The translations under genes and the position numbers were made by a program. Of a DNA stretch of 50,992 nt, positions 1-10,688 are shown piece after piece. Under the pieces are notes generated by a model. That model searched no databases and had not been told where the DNA came from. It saw only the letters and a list, made by a program, of their open reading frames with translations. Origin of the DNA: an uncultured Porphyromonadaceae bacterium (GTDB lineage: Bacteria > Bacteroidota > Bacteroidia > Bacteroidales > Muribaculaceae); assembly GCA_947166165.1 (NCBI GenBank), contig CAMVDK010000001.1:1-50992 (forward strand), written 5' to 3'. How positions within the stretch are numbered: the stretch's first letter is position 1; each line of letters opens with the position of its first letter.

Positions 1-1807
1 GGAACTTGTTCCAGAAGCGGCTGTAGATGAGGTGGCCGGTGGCATGCTCGGTGCCGCCCACGTAGAGGTCCACCTGTCGCCAGTACTCGTCCACCTGCCT
101 GTCGACCAGTGCCTTGTCGTTGTGCGGGTCCATGTAGCGCAGGTAGTAGGCGCTCGAGCCGGCGAATCCGGGCATGGTGCACAGCTCGAGGGGCTGGCCG
201 TTGGTGGCCACCCAGTTTTTGGCTCGTCCCAGCGGCGGCTCGCCGGTCTCGGTGGGCAGGAACTTGTCCACCTCGGGGAGCAGCAGCGGCAGCTCGCTCT
301 CGTCGAGGGGCTGCGGCTGGCCGTCGGCATCATACCAGATGGGGAACGGCTCGCCCCAGTAGCGCTGGCGGCTGAAGATGGCGTCGCGCAGGCGGTAGTT
401 CACCTTCACGCGGCCGATGCCCGTCTGCTCGATGTGGGCCTTGGTCTTGGCGATGGCCTCCTTCACCGTCAGCCCGTTGAGCTGCAGGCGGTCGTTGCTC
501 GAGTTGGTCATGATGCCGTCTTTGGCGTCGAAGCTCTCCTGGCTCACGTCGGCGCCCTCGATGAGCGGGACGATGGGCAGGTCGAAGTGACGCGCGAAGG
601 CGTAGTCGCGGCTGTCGTGCGCCGGCACGGCCATGATGGCCCCGGTGCCGTAGCCCGCCAGCACGTAGTCGCTGATGTAGATGGGTATCTCCTTGCCGGT
701 GATGGGGTTGACGGCGTAGCTGCCGGTGAACACACCGCTCACCTTTTTCTCAATCATGCGCTCGCGCTCGGTTTTGTGCTTCACCTCGTCGAGGTAGGCG
801 TCCACGGCCTCGCGCTGGGCGGCGGTCACCACTTGGTCCACATACTCGCTCTCGGGGGCGAGCACCATGAAGGTGACACCGAAAATGGTGTCGGCGCGCG
901 TGGTGAAGATGAGCAGCTGCAAGTCGCTGCCGGCCACGGGGAAGAGCATCTCGGCACCCTCGCTGCGGCCTATCCAGTTGCGCTGTGTCTCCTTGATGGA
1001 GTCGCTCCACTCCACGGTGTCGAGGTCGGCGAGCAGACGCTGGGCGTAGGCGCTCACGCGCAGGCACCACTGGCTCATCATCTTCTGCTCCACCGGATAG
1101 CCGCCGCGGATCGACACCCCCTCGCTCACCTCGTCGTTGGCCAGCACGGTGCCCAGCTTGGCGCACCAGTTCACCATGGTGTTGCCACGGTAGGCGATGC
1201 GGTAGTTCATGAGCGTGTCGTTCTTCTCCACCTTGGTCATGGCCTGCCACTGCTCGGCGGTGAACTGCCGCTCGTCGCCACAGGCTGCGTGGCAGCCCTC
1301 GGTGCCGTGGGCCTCGAAGTGAGCCACCAGCTCGTCGATGGGCCGCGCCTGCTGGCGGGCGGTGTCGTAGTAGCTCTTGAACATCTTCAGGAACGCCCAC
1401 TGCGTCCACTTGTAGTAGGCCGGGTCGCAGGTGCGCACCTCGCGGTCCCAGTCGTAGCAGAACCCGATTTTGTCGAGCTGCTGGCGGTAGCGGGCAATGT
1501 TCTCGGTGGTCGTCACCTCGGGGTGCTGACCGGTCTGGATGGCATATTGCTCGGCCGGCAGGCCGTAGGCGTCGTAGCCCATGGGGTGCAGCACGTTGAA
1601 GCCGCGCTGGCGCTTGTAGCGCGCATAGATGTCGCTGGCGATGTAGCCCAGCGGATGACCCACATGCAGCCCAGCCCCGCTAGGGTAGGGGAACATGTCG
1701 AGCACATAGAACTTAGGGCGGCTCGGGTCCACCTCGGTTTTATACGTCTTGTGGTCGCGCCAATACTGCTGCCACCTTTGCTCAATCTCTTGATGACGGT
1801 ATTCCAT
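1..1807 (-). CDS. leuS: Leucine--tRNA ligase, N-terminal part (runs off the left edge)
   Basis: Not in the ORF track (no stop in window). Manual translation from ATG at 1807: [16 protein letters not shown]...[35 protein letters not shown]...[23 protein letters not shown], the LeuRS HIGH region. Confidence 0.97.
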   Translation of the reverse strand, partial: MEYRHQEIEQRWQQYWRDHKTYKTEVDPSRPKFYVLDMFPYPSGAGLHVGHPLGYIASDIYARYKRQRGFNVLHPMGYDAYGLPAEQYAIQTGQHPEVTTTENIARYRQQLDKIGFCYDWDREVRTCDPAYYKWTQWAFLKMFKSYYDTARQQARPIDELVAHFEAHGTEGCHAACGDERQFTAEQWQAMTKVEKNDTLMNYRIAYRGNTMVNWCAKLGTVLANDEVSEGVSIRGGYPVEQKMMSQWCLRVSAYAQRLLADLDTVEWSDSIKETQRNWIGRSEGAEMLFPVAGSDLQLLIFTTRADTIFGVTFMVLAPESEYVDQVVTAAQREAVDAYLDEVKHKTERERMIEKKVSGVFTGSYAVNPITGKEIPIYISDYVLAGYGTGAIMAVPAHDSRDYAFARHFDLPIVPLIEGADVSQESFDAKDGIMTNSSNDRLQLNGLTVKEAIAKTKAHIEQTGIGRVKVNYRLRDAIFSRQRYWGEPFPIWYDADGQPQPLDESELPLLLPEVDKFLPTETGEPPLGRAKNWVATNGQPLELCTMPGFAGSSAYYLRYMDPHNDKALVDRQVDEYWRQVDLYVGGTEHATGHLIYSRFWNKF

Positions 1808-1842
1808 TCTGATTTGTGATGCTGTTTGATTTTGTTTCAAAC

Positions 1843-1960
1843 TGCAAAATTACTGCAAACCGAGCGCAATGCAAAACAAAAGACGAAGTTTTTTGCTTTG
1901 CATTGCCGAGGTGCCGCGTAATTTGGGCGAAGCCAACATTACTGCCGGCCGAGCGCCAAA
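1843..1960 (-). repeat. Intergenic repeat-family copy, related to 7320-7510
   Basis: TGCAAAATTACTGCAAACCGAGCGCAATGCAAA...TTTGCATTGCCGAGGTGCCGCGTAATTTGGGCGAAGCCAACATTACTGC closely resembles the reverse complement of 7360-7510. Confidence 0.75.
1845..1875 (-). promoter_or_regulatory. Bacteroidota sigma-A promoter for leuS
   Basis: On the minus strand TTTG (1875-1872), 19 bp spacer, TAATTTTG (1852-1845); matches the -33/-7 consensus TTTG-N19-21-TAnnTTTG. Confidence 0.75.
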
Positions 1961-2016
1961 TCGATTATTCGATAACTCGAGTGCTCGAATGTTCGAATGC
2001 TCAATCACTCGATAAT
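1961..2016. repeat. Degenerate 8-bp tandem repeat, 7 units with a TCGA core
   Basis: tcgattat tcgataac tcgagtgc tcgaatgt tcgaatgc tcaatcac tcgataat. Confidence 0.75.
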
Positions 2017-2047
2017 CCCCCCCGGAAGAAAAATGGCTGCGCTGCGT

Positions 2048-2079
2048 TTTGGCTGTGACTTATTATTTTCGTAATTTTG
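2048..2079 (+). promoter_or_regulatory. Bacteroidota sigma-A promoter for the acyltransferase gene
   Basis: TTTG 2048-2051, 20 bp spacer, TAATTTTG 2072-2079, about 28 bp before the ATG. Confidence 0.75.
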
Positions 2080-2107
2080 CACGCCGAATCGGATTTAAAC
2101 TCTTGGA

Positions 2108-3073
2108 ATGATTCAAAAAGTCAAGCGACTGTTGAACAACATAGCGTTTCACACCTTGCACGTGGTGTGGCAGCTGCTGTCGCTGCTGCCGCTGCGGGTG
2201 CACTATGTGCTCAGCGACGTGCTGTGCCTGCTGGTGGAGCACGTGCTCCACTACCGCCGCAGGGTGATTCGCCGCAACCTCTCGGCGGCCTTCCCCGAGC
2301 TTGACGAGCGCGAGCGCCGCAAGATTGAGCATGGTTTCTACCGCCACTTTTGCGACGTGGTTGCCGAGTCGGTGAAGATGGCCACCATCAGCCGCAAGAA
2401 CATCCGCGAGCGCATGCTGTTCCGCGGTGCGGAGCAGGTGAACGAAATCATGCGGCAGGGGCAGAGCGTGGCGCTGCTGCTGGGACACTACGGCAATTGG
2501 GAGTGGGTGACCTCGGTTCGCCTGGCTTTTGACGACCCCGACGGCGCCTATGGCCACATCTACCATCCGCTGGAGAACGAGGTGGTCGACCGCCTGTTTC
2601 TTGCTGTGCGCAACCGGATGGGGTCGCAGAGCATCGCCATGCGCGACACGCTGCGGTTCATCCGTCAGGCGCAGGACGAGGGCCGCCCGAGCGTGGTGGG
2701 ATACATCAGCGACCAGGTGCCGCTGTGGCAGAACATCCACCACTGGCTCACCTTCTTCAACCAGGAAACGCCGGTGTTCACCGGCGTGGAGCGCATCGCC
2801 CGGCGCTACGGGCAGGCGGTGTTCTACGTCGACGTGCGCCGCCTGGGCCGCGGGCGCTATGAGTGCGAGCTGCAGCTCATCACCCGTGACGCCGCCTCGA
2901 TGCCCGAGCATGCCATCACCGACGAGTATTTCCGCCGGCTCGAGGCCACCATCCGCCGCGCGCCGCAGTACTGGCTGTGGAGCCACAACCGCTGGAAGCG
3001 CACCCGCGAGGAGTTTGACCGCAACTTCGAGGTGGTGAACGGCCGCGTGGTGGCACGCAAGCAGCCCGAGTGA
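2108..3073 (+). CDS. Lipid A biosynthesis acyltransferase (LpxL/HtrB family)
   Basis: N-terminal membrane segment, YRRRVIRRNL...FPE, catalytic GHYGNWEW, FFNQETPVFTG, PQYWLWSHNRWK. Confidence 0.9.
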   Translation: MIQKVKRLLNNIAFHTLHVVWQLLSLLPLRVHYVLSDVLCLLVEHVLHYRRRVIRRNLSAAFPELDERERRKIEHGFYRHFCDVVAESVKMATISRKNIRERMLFRGAEQVNEIMRQGQSVALLLGHYGNWEWVTSVRLAFDDPDGAYGHIYHPLENEVVDRLFLAVRNRMGSQSIAMRDTLRFIRQAQDEGRPSVVGYISDQVPLWQNIHHWLTFFNQETPVFTGVERIARRYGQAVFYVDVRRLGRGRYECELQLITRDAASMPEHAITDEYFRRLEATIRRAPQYWLWSHNRWKRTREEFDRNFEVVNGRVVARKQPE

Positions 3074-3132
3074 AGCCGAGCGCCGCTCCGCGCCGGTGAC
3101 GACGAGGCCAGCGGTAAAAAGCCGATTATTGA

Positions 3133-3310
3133 AGGTGGGTTCTATACATTGCTGAAATGTAATGAATGGTTTTGGCCGCCTTGGGTTGCTTGCTGGCATC
3201 TTTTGTCTCAACTGCTTGAACCGTAGCCCGCTACTGCCTGGCGCAGCTTGAGCCAAAACCTGCTCAGCAATCAAGCCCAATTCGGCGCAAGCAATTTATA
3301 GAACCCACAT
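3133..3310. mobile_element. 178-bp MITE-like element, copy 1
   Basis: About 20-bp imperfect terminal inverted repeats AGGTGGGTTCTATACATTGC / GCAATTTATAGAACCCACAT; same length as and near-identical to 12611-12788; no transposase. Confidence 0.85.
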
Positions 3311-3353
3311 GAAAAAATTTTCCATTATCCATTGCTGGTTTTCAATTATTTCA

Positions 3354-3361
3354 TACCTTTG
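3354..3361 (+). promoter_or_regulatory. -7 promoter element for the ATPase gene
   Basis: TACCTTTG, with ATTG (one mismatch to TTTG) 19 bp upstream. Confidence 0.6.
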
Positions 3362-3375
3362 CAAAATTAATGGCC

Positions 3376-3399
3376 GTTACTATAACGGGGAATACTATT
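3376..3399 (+). repeat. 24-bp direct repeat, left copy
   Basis: GTTACTATAACGGGGAATACTATT versus GTTACTATAACAGTGAATACTATT at 4750-4773 (2 mismatches). Confidence 0.75.
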
Positions 3400-3408
3400 T
3401 TGTGAGTT

Positions 3409-4725
3409 ATGAAATTCTATGACCGACACCACGAACTGCAAGTGCTGGGCGAAGTGCTCCGGCAAAGCAAACAAGAGGCGCGCATGACGGTGCTGATGGG
3501 ACGCCGGCGCATCGGCAAGACGGAGTTGTCGCTGCGGTGTGGCGACGAGGTTGTGCTGTATTTCTTTGTCAGCAAAAAAACGGAACCGCTTTTGTGCCAG
3601 GACTATGCGGAAGAAATACGCCAAAAGCTCGGTACGCCCATCCTGGGACAACCCAAGACTTTTGCCGAAGTATTCAGGTTCCTGCTCCAGTTGTCAGAAA
3701 ACCGCCCTTTCACGCTGGTCATTGATGAGTTTCAGAATTTCCTCAAGGTGAATCCATCCATTTTCAGCGACATGCAGCGTGACTGGGACTTGCATAAAAG
3801 CCGAAGCCGTTTGAACTTGATTATCAGCGGCTCGGTGTTTACGCTGATGAAAAGGATTTTCGAGGACTACGAGGAACCTTTATTTGGCCGAGCCAACGAA
3901 AAGATGCTGCTGCAGCCATTCTCGACCGACGTGCTGAAGCAGATTCTTGCTGATTTCAATCCTGGCTACATCCCCGAAGACCTACTTGCCCTCTACAGCA
4001 TCACTGGTGGTGTGCCATGGTATGTGGCGTTGCTGCTCGATAAGGGAAACATTTGCCGCGACGATATGCTTGCAGCTCTCACCTGGGAAAATTCGCCTTT
4101 TATTGGTGAGGGGAAAAATATCCTCATCGAGGAGTTTGGCAGCGACTATGTGACCTATTTCTCGATACTGACCTGCATAGCGCGTGGCATGAAGACGCGC
4201 TCCGAAATTGAGAGCGAACTGAACAACAACAACATCGGCAGCTATTTGGTGAAGCTGGAGGATTATTATCACGTCATCACCAAGTCGCTACCCATCTTCG
4301 CTAAAAAGAACAGCAAAAAGGGGAGATATGCCATCCAAGATTGCTTCCTCACATTGTGGTTCCGCTTCTTCTACAAGTATCAGGCACTTGTCGAAAACAA
4401 TGCATTGAAAGCTCTTGGCGACATCATTTATCGCGACTACAGCGGTCTGTCGGGACTGATGATGGAACGATATTTTGCCCAAAAGTTCCGTGAAAAAGGC
4501 CGCTACATCGTGGGTAAATGGTGGGACAGGAAAGGTGACAATGAGATTGACCTGGTGGTTGTGGACACAATCGGCAAGCAGGCATGGGTCTATGAGTTGA
4601 AGAAGCAAAGCTGCCGCTATCGCGAAAGCGTGTTGCAAGCCAAAGTGGGTAAGATGCTGGAGCAAACCCCCGAACTGGCCAAAATGACAATCCATCTCGG
4701 ATCGTTGTCGTTAGAAGACATGTGA
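3409..4725 (+). CDS. AAA ATPase (archaeal-ATPase/DUF234 type) with wHTH and C-terminal PD-(D/E)XK-like domain
   Basis: MKFYDRHHEL start, Walker A GRRRIGKT, Walker B LVIDEFQ, TGGVPWY, C-terminal WWDRKGDNEIDLVVVD...YELK; visibly more AT-rich than its neighbours. Confidence 0.85.
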   Translation: MKFYDRHHELQVLGEVLRQSKQEARMTVLMGRRRIGKTELSLRCGDEVVLYFFVSKKTEPLLCQDYAEEIRQKLGTPILGQPKTFAEVFRFLLQLSENRPFTLVIDEFQNFLKVNPSIFSDMQRDWDLHKSRSRLNLIISGSVFTLMKRIFEDYEEPLFGRANEKMLLQPFSTDVLKQILADFNPGYIPEDLLALYSITGGVPWYVALLLDKGNICRDDMLAALTWENSPFIGEGKNILIEEFGSDYVTYFSILTCIARGMKTRSEIESELNNNNIGSYLVKLEDYYHVITKSLPIFAKKNSKKGRYAIQDCFLTLWFRFFYKYQALVENNALKALGDIIYRDYSGLSGLMMERYFAQKFREKGRYIVGKWWDRKGDNEIDLVVVDTIGKQAWVYELKKQSCRYRESVLQAKVGKMLEQTPELAKMTIHLGSLSLEDM

Positions 4726-4737
4726 CCACACGCCTGA

Positions 4738-4773
4738 ATAGTAACGACGGTTACTATAACAGTGAATACTATT
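4738..4773 (+). repeat. 24-bp direct repeat, right copy, overlapping the inverted repeat ATAGTAAC-gacg-GTTACTAT
   Basis: Read directly from the sequence; pairs with 3376-3399. Confidence 0.75.
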
Positions 4774-4821
4774 GTCGGGCGCTGACGTTGTCGGGCGGCG
4801 GGCAGGAAAAATCAAAACAGT

Positions 4822-4853
4822 TTTGCTTATTCGCCCGCTTTGCACTACCTTTG
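4822..4853 (+). promoter_or_regulatory. Bacteroidota sigma-A promoter for the ABC transporter-purN unit
   Basis: TTTG 4822-4825, 20 bp spacer, TACCTTTG 4846-4853. Confidence 0.75.
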
Positions 4854-4873
4854 CACAAAAAATTCGGGTATTG

Positions 4874-6700
4874 ATGAAAGGATTCTTCCGATTGCTGGCG
4901 CGATTTGTGCCCCCCTACAAGCGCTACCTGGCGCTCAACGTGCTCTTCAACGCGCTGGCTGCGGTGCTCACGCTCTTCTCGTTTGCCCTGATCATCCCCA
5001 TTCTGGAGATGCTCTTCGGGCTCAACACGCAGACCTACGCCTTCATGCCCTGGGGCAGCGGCAAGGTGGACACCGTGGTGACCAACAATTTCTACTACTA
5101 CGTGCAGTGCATCATCGAGCGCTACGGGCAGTCGACGGCCCTGGCCGCCATCGCCCTGGCTCTGGTGGTGATGACGGGGCTGAAGACGGGCAGCGCCTAC
5201 ATGAGCGCCTTCTTCATGATTCCTATCCGCACCGGCGTGGTGCGCGACATCCGCAACCAGATCTACGCCAAAATAGTGTCGCTGCCCATCGGCTTTTTCA
5301 GCAACGAGCGCAAGGGCGACGTGATGGCGCGCATGAGCGGCGACGTGACCGAGGTGGAGAACAGCATCATGTCGTCGCTCGACATGATGTTCAAAAATCC
5401 CATCATGATCATCGCCTGCCTGGGCATGATGATTGCCGTGAGCTGGCAGCTGACGGTGTTCGTGCTCGTTCTGCTGCCGGTGGCTGGAGGCATCATGGGG
5501 GCCGTGGGTAAGTGCCTCAAGCGCGTGTCGCTCGAAGGCCAGAACCAGTGGGGCGTGATGCTGAGCAACATCGAGGAAACCATCGGCGGCCTGCGCATCG
5601 TCAAGGCGTTCAACGCCGAGGGCAAGGTGCGCCGGCGCTTCGAGGGCGAGAATGAGCGCTACCGCTCCATCGTGACCCGCATGAACCGGCGCTACGAGCT
5701 GGCGCACCCCATGAGCGAGTTCCTGGGCACGGCCACCATCGCCATCGTGCTCTGGTTTGGAGGCACGCTCATCCTGAGCGGAACCAGCGCCATCACGGCG
5801 CCCAAGTTCATCTACTACATGGTGATCTTCTACAACATCATCAATCCGGCCAAAGACCTCTCGAAGGCGAGCTACGCCATTCAGCGCGGCATGGCCTCGA
5901 TGCAGCGCATCGACAAAATCCTGAATGCCGACAACCCCATCCGCGACCCCGAGCAGCCGCAGCGGCTGCCGGCCCTGACCCAGGGCATCACCTACCACGA
6001 CGTGCGCTTCCGCTACGGCGACGCGTGGGTGATCGACGGCGTGACGCTCCACATAGCCCGCGGCGCCACCGTGGCCCTGGTGGGGCAGAGCGGCTCGGGA
6101 AAAACCACCCTGGCCGACCTGCTGCCACGGTTCTACGACGTGCAGCAGGGCTCCATTGCCATCGACGGCATCGACATCCGCAAGCTCGCCGTGGCCGACC
6201 TGCGCGCGCTGATGGGCAACGTGAACCAGGAGGCCATCCTGTTCAACGACACCTTCTACAACAACATCACCTTCGGCGTTGACCATGCCACGCACGAGCA
6301 GGTGGAGCAGGCGGCGCGCATCGCCAACGCCTACGACTTCATCATGGCCAGCGAGCAGGGCTTCGACACCAACATCGGCGACCGCGGGTGCAAGCTCTCG
6401 GGCGGCCAGCGGCAGCGAGTCAGCATAGCCCGCGCCATCCTCAAGAATCCCCCCATCCTCATCCTCGACGAGGCCACCAGTGCCCTCGACACCGAGAGCG
6501 AACACCTGGTGCAGGAGGCCCTCAACCACCTCATGGAGGGGCGCACCACGCTGGTGATCGCCCACCGCCTGTCAACCATCAAAAACGCCGACCTCATCTG
6601 CGTGATGCAAGACGGACGCATCGTGGAGCGCGGCACCCACGACCAGCTCATGGCCCGTGGCGGCTCCTACAAGCACCTCGTGGACATGCAGACCTTCTGA
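4874..6700 (+). CDS. ABC transporter fused permease/ATPase (MsbA-like)
   Basis: Multi-TM N-terminal half, Walker A GQSGSGKTT, signature LSGGQRQR, Walker B ILILDEATSALD, IAHRLSTI. Start moved to ATG 4874, downstream of the promoter. Confidence 0.92.
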   Translation: MKGFFRLLARFVPPYKRYLALNVLFNALAAVLTLFSFALIIPILEMLFGLNTQTYAFMPWGSGKVDTVVTNNFYYYVQCIIERYGQSTALAAIALALVVMTGLKTGSAYMSAFFMIPIRTGVVRDIRNQIYAKIVSLPIGFFSNERKGDVMARMSGDVTEVENSIMSSLDMMFKNPIMIIACLGMMIAVSWQLTVFVLVLLPVAGGIMGAVGKCLKRVSLEGQNQWGVMLSNIEETIGGLRIVKAFNAEGKVRRRFEGENERYRSIVTRMNRRYELAHPMSEFLGTATIAIVLWFGGTLILSGTSAITAPKFIYYMVIFYNIINPAKDLSKASYAIQRGMASMQRIDKILNADNPIRDPEQPQRLPALTQGITYHDVRFRYGDAWVIDGVTLHIARGATVALVGQSGSGKTTLADLLPRFYDVQQGSIAIDGIDIRKLAVADLRALMGNVNQEAILFNDTFYNNITFGVDHATHEQVEQAARIANAYDFIMASEQGFDTNIGDRGCKLSGGQRQRVSIARAILKNPPILILDEATSALDTESEHLVQEALNHLMEGRTTLVIAHRLSTIKNADLICVMQDGRIVERGTHDQLMARGGSYKHLVDMQTF

Positions 6701-6721
6701 CCTTCCAACCCCCACACCGAT

Positions 6722-7291
6722 ATGATGAAACGAATCGCCATATTTGCCTCCGGTTCGGGCACCAATGCCGAGAACATCGTGCGCCACTTTGCGCAGAGCA
6801 CCACCGTCGAGGTGGCCGCCGTGATCACCAACCGCCGCGCCGCTGCCGTGGTCGACCGCCTGCGCCCGCTGGGCATCGAGGTGGAATACTACCCCAAACA
6901 GGAATGGCAGCACCCCGCCGCTGTCGCGCGCCGCCTCACCGAAGCAGGCGTCGACCTCGTGGTGCTGGCAGGCTTCCTGGCCGTGGTGCGCGACCCGCTG
7001 CTCACCGCCTTTGCAGGCCGAATCATCAACATCCACCCCTCGCTGCTGCCCAAATATGGCGGCGACGGCATGTGGGGCGGCAACGTGCACGAGGCCGTCA
7101 TCAAGGCCGGCGAGCGCGAGAGCGGCATCACCATCCACCAAGTCACCGCCCAGGTCGACGCCGGCCCCATCGTGGCGCAGTTCACCTGCCCCGTGCTGCC
7201 CGGCGACACGCCCGAAAGCCTCGAGGCCCGCATCCACCAACTCGAGTACCGTCACTACCCCCAGGTGATCGAGCAACTGCTGCACTCCTGA
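6722..7291 (+). CDS. purN: Phosphoribosylglycinamide formyltransferase
   Basis: IAIFASGSGTNAENI, VVLAGFL, INIHPSLLPKYGG, ESGITIH...VDAGPIVAQ. Confidence 0.95.
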   Translation: MMKRIAIFASGSGTNAENIVRHFAQSTTVEVAAVITNRRAAAVVDRLRPLGIEVEYYPKQEWQHPAAVARRLTEAGVDLVVLAGFLAVVRDPLLTAFAGRIINIHPSLLPKYGGDGMWGGNVHEAVIKAGERESGITIHQVTAQVDAGPIVAQFTCPVLPGDTPESLEARIHQLEYRHYPQVIEQLLHS

Positions 7292-7319
7292 CTCTCCGCC
7301 AGCCACAGTCCACCCGCAG

Positions 7320-7510
7320 AAAAGTTGTCCAAGCAAAAAACAGTTTTTTGTTGGCCATTTTCTATGCATTGCGCTCGGATTGCAGTAACGTTGCGCTTCG
7401 CGCGAAGTTACGTGGCTCCTCGGCAATGCAAATAAAAGTTGTCCAAGCAAAAAACAAGTTTTTTGTTGGCCATTTTCTTTGCATTGCGCTCGGATTGCAG
7501 TAACTTTGCA
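7320..7510 (+). repeat. Intergenic repeat with a ~70-bp unit duplicated (7320-7389 and 7434-7504), ending in the hutU promoter
   Basis: AAAAGTTGTCCAAGCAAAAAACA(A)GTTTTTTGTTGGCCATTTTCT(A/T)TGCATTGCGCTCGGATTGCAGTAAC twice; each unit has an internal hairpin. Confidence 0.85.
7478..7508 (+). promoter_or_regulatory. Bacteroidota sigma-A promoter for hutU
   Basis: TTTG 7478-7481, 19 bp spacer, TAACTTTG 7501-7508. Confidence 0.75.
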
Positions 7511-7557
7511 CGCGAAAACCTTTGACCGCGAACTTTTAGCATTAAACCTGAACAATA

Positions 7558-9558
<2,001 letters not shown>

Positions 9559-9591
9559 CGCATCCCGCAAGAGCGAGAGCCGAACATCACC

Positions 9592-9633
9592 ACATCGCCC
9601 CGCAGGTCTCAGACCTGCGGGGCGATGTATTTT
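9592..9633. terminator. Intrinsic terminator hairpin between the convergent hutU and Rpn-family genes
   Basis: Inverted repeat ACATCGCCCCGCAGGTCT-c-AGACCTGCGGGGCGATGT followed by ATTTT. Confidence 0.8.
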
Positions 9634-9658
9634 GCTGTTCTGTGTAGGGAGTTCGGGC

Positions 9659-10603
9659 TCAGTGGGCCGCTGGGGGCTGCTGATTGGCCGCGATGATTTG
9701 GTTGACCTCGTCGAGCGGAATGTCGGTGAATTGAGCGATTTGCTGCGGGGTCAAGCCATTGTGAGCCATGTTCAAGACCATCTCATGCTGGATTTCGGCG
9801 CGTCCCTCGGCAATGCCCTCGGCGCGTCCTTTGGCAATGCCCTCGGCGATGCCTTCCATTTTCCCCTCGCCACGGGCGGTGAATATCTGGTTGCTGATAG
9901 AGTGGCGGTCCATCCAGTAGAAGTCGTAGGCCAGACTTTCCTCGCGGCTCATGCGCGAAAAATCGAGCTTGCGGCGCGCCGCCTGCAAGCCCGGCGCGTC
10001 GGCGTCGTCGGGAATCTCGGAGTTGGCCAGAAAGTAGAGCCACTGGTCGAGCGGGGTCTTCGACCAGTGGTCGAAGTCGTTCACCTTCAGAATGTAATAT
10101 TCGGGATAGAGCTCGTGAATCTCGTTGACGTTGAACTGCTGCCGCTGGAAAGGCGAGAGTTGCAGCAACTCGTTGTTGTGGATGCCACGGAATTCGGTCT
10201 TGCCGTGATAGACCACGTCGCCGGCTTGGCGCAGCGCAAAGTAGACGATGTTGATTGAGTATACTTTCTTGATGTTCTCGTAGTTGTCGCCCTTTTCGAT
10301 ATACTCGGTCACCAGCCGCGAGGCGCCGAAGAGCATGCGCTGGAAGTAGGCATACTCGTTTTCGCCCTGCACTTCGATGAGAAACAGTTCGCCGTGCTCG
10401 TTGGTGGCCAGCAAGTCGACGCGGTTCTGTTTGCTGTTCTCGTGGTCGCGGTTGCTCTCACTCTCTAGCACAGTGTTGATGGTGATTGTTTGGTTGAGCA
10501 GTGTCGACAGGAAACCCTCGAGCACATCGAAGTTGGCCTTGTCGCGCAGCAACCGCTTCAAAGCCCAGTCGAAGCTGATATATGTACGTCGTTTTCTAAC
10601 CAT
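9659..10603 (-). CDS. Rpn-family PD-(D/E)XK nuclease / putative transposase (PDDEXK_2)
   Basis: YISFDWALKRLLRDKANFDVLEGFLS, NRVDLLA...LIEVQ, C-terminal EGIAEGIAKGRAEGIAEGRAE repeats and HTH-like tail; own -7 element TATCTTTG at 10637-10630. Confidence 0.9.
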   Translation of the reverse strand: MVRKRRTYISFDWALKRLLRDKANFDVLEGFLSTLLNQTITINTVLESESNRDHENSKQNRVDLLATNEHGELFLIEVQGENEYAYFQRMLFGASRLVTEYIEKGDNYENIKKVYSINIVYFALRQAGDVVYHGKTEFRGIHNNELLQLSPFQRQQFNVNEIHELYPEYYILKVNDFDHWSKTPLDQWLYFLANSEIPDDADAPGLQAARRKLDFSRMSREESLAYDFYWMDRHSISNQIFTARGEGKMEGIAEGIAKGRAEGIAEGRAEIQHEMVLNMAHNGLTPQQIAQFTDIPLDEVNQIIAANQQPPAAH

Positions 10604-10688
10604 AGCACAGTTCCTTTATGTTCTTGCGGCAAAGATAGCAAAAAATATTGGATTGTGAAAAAAACGGTGCGCGTTTGTTGGTTGGCGG

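Noticed and set aside
32-1819. 595-aa plus-strand ORF
   Set aside because: Antisense shadow of leuS; no motifs, and composition typical of the reverse frame of a GC-rich gene.
7320-7510. CRISPR array
   Set aside because: Only two ~70-bp units, no series of unique spacers and no cas genes.
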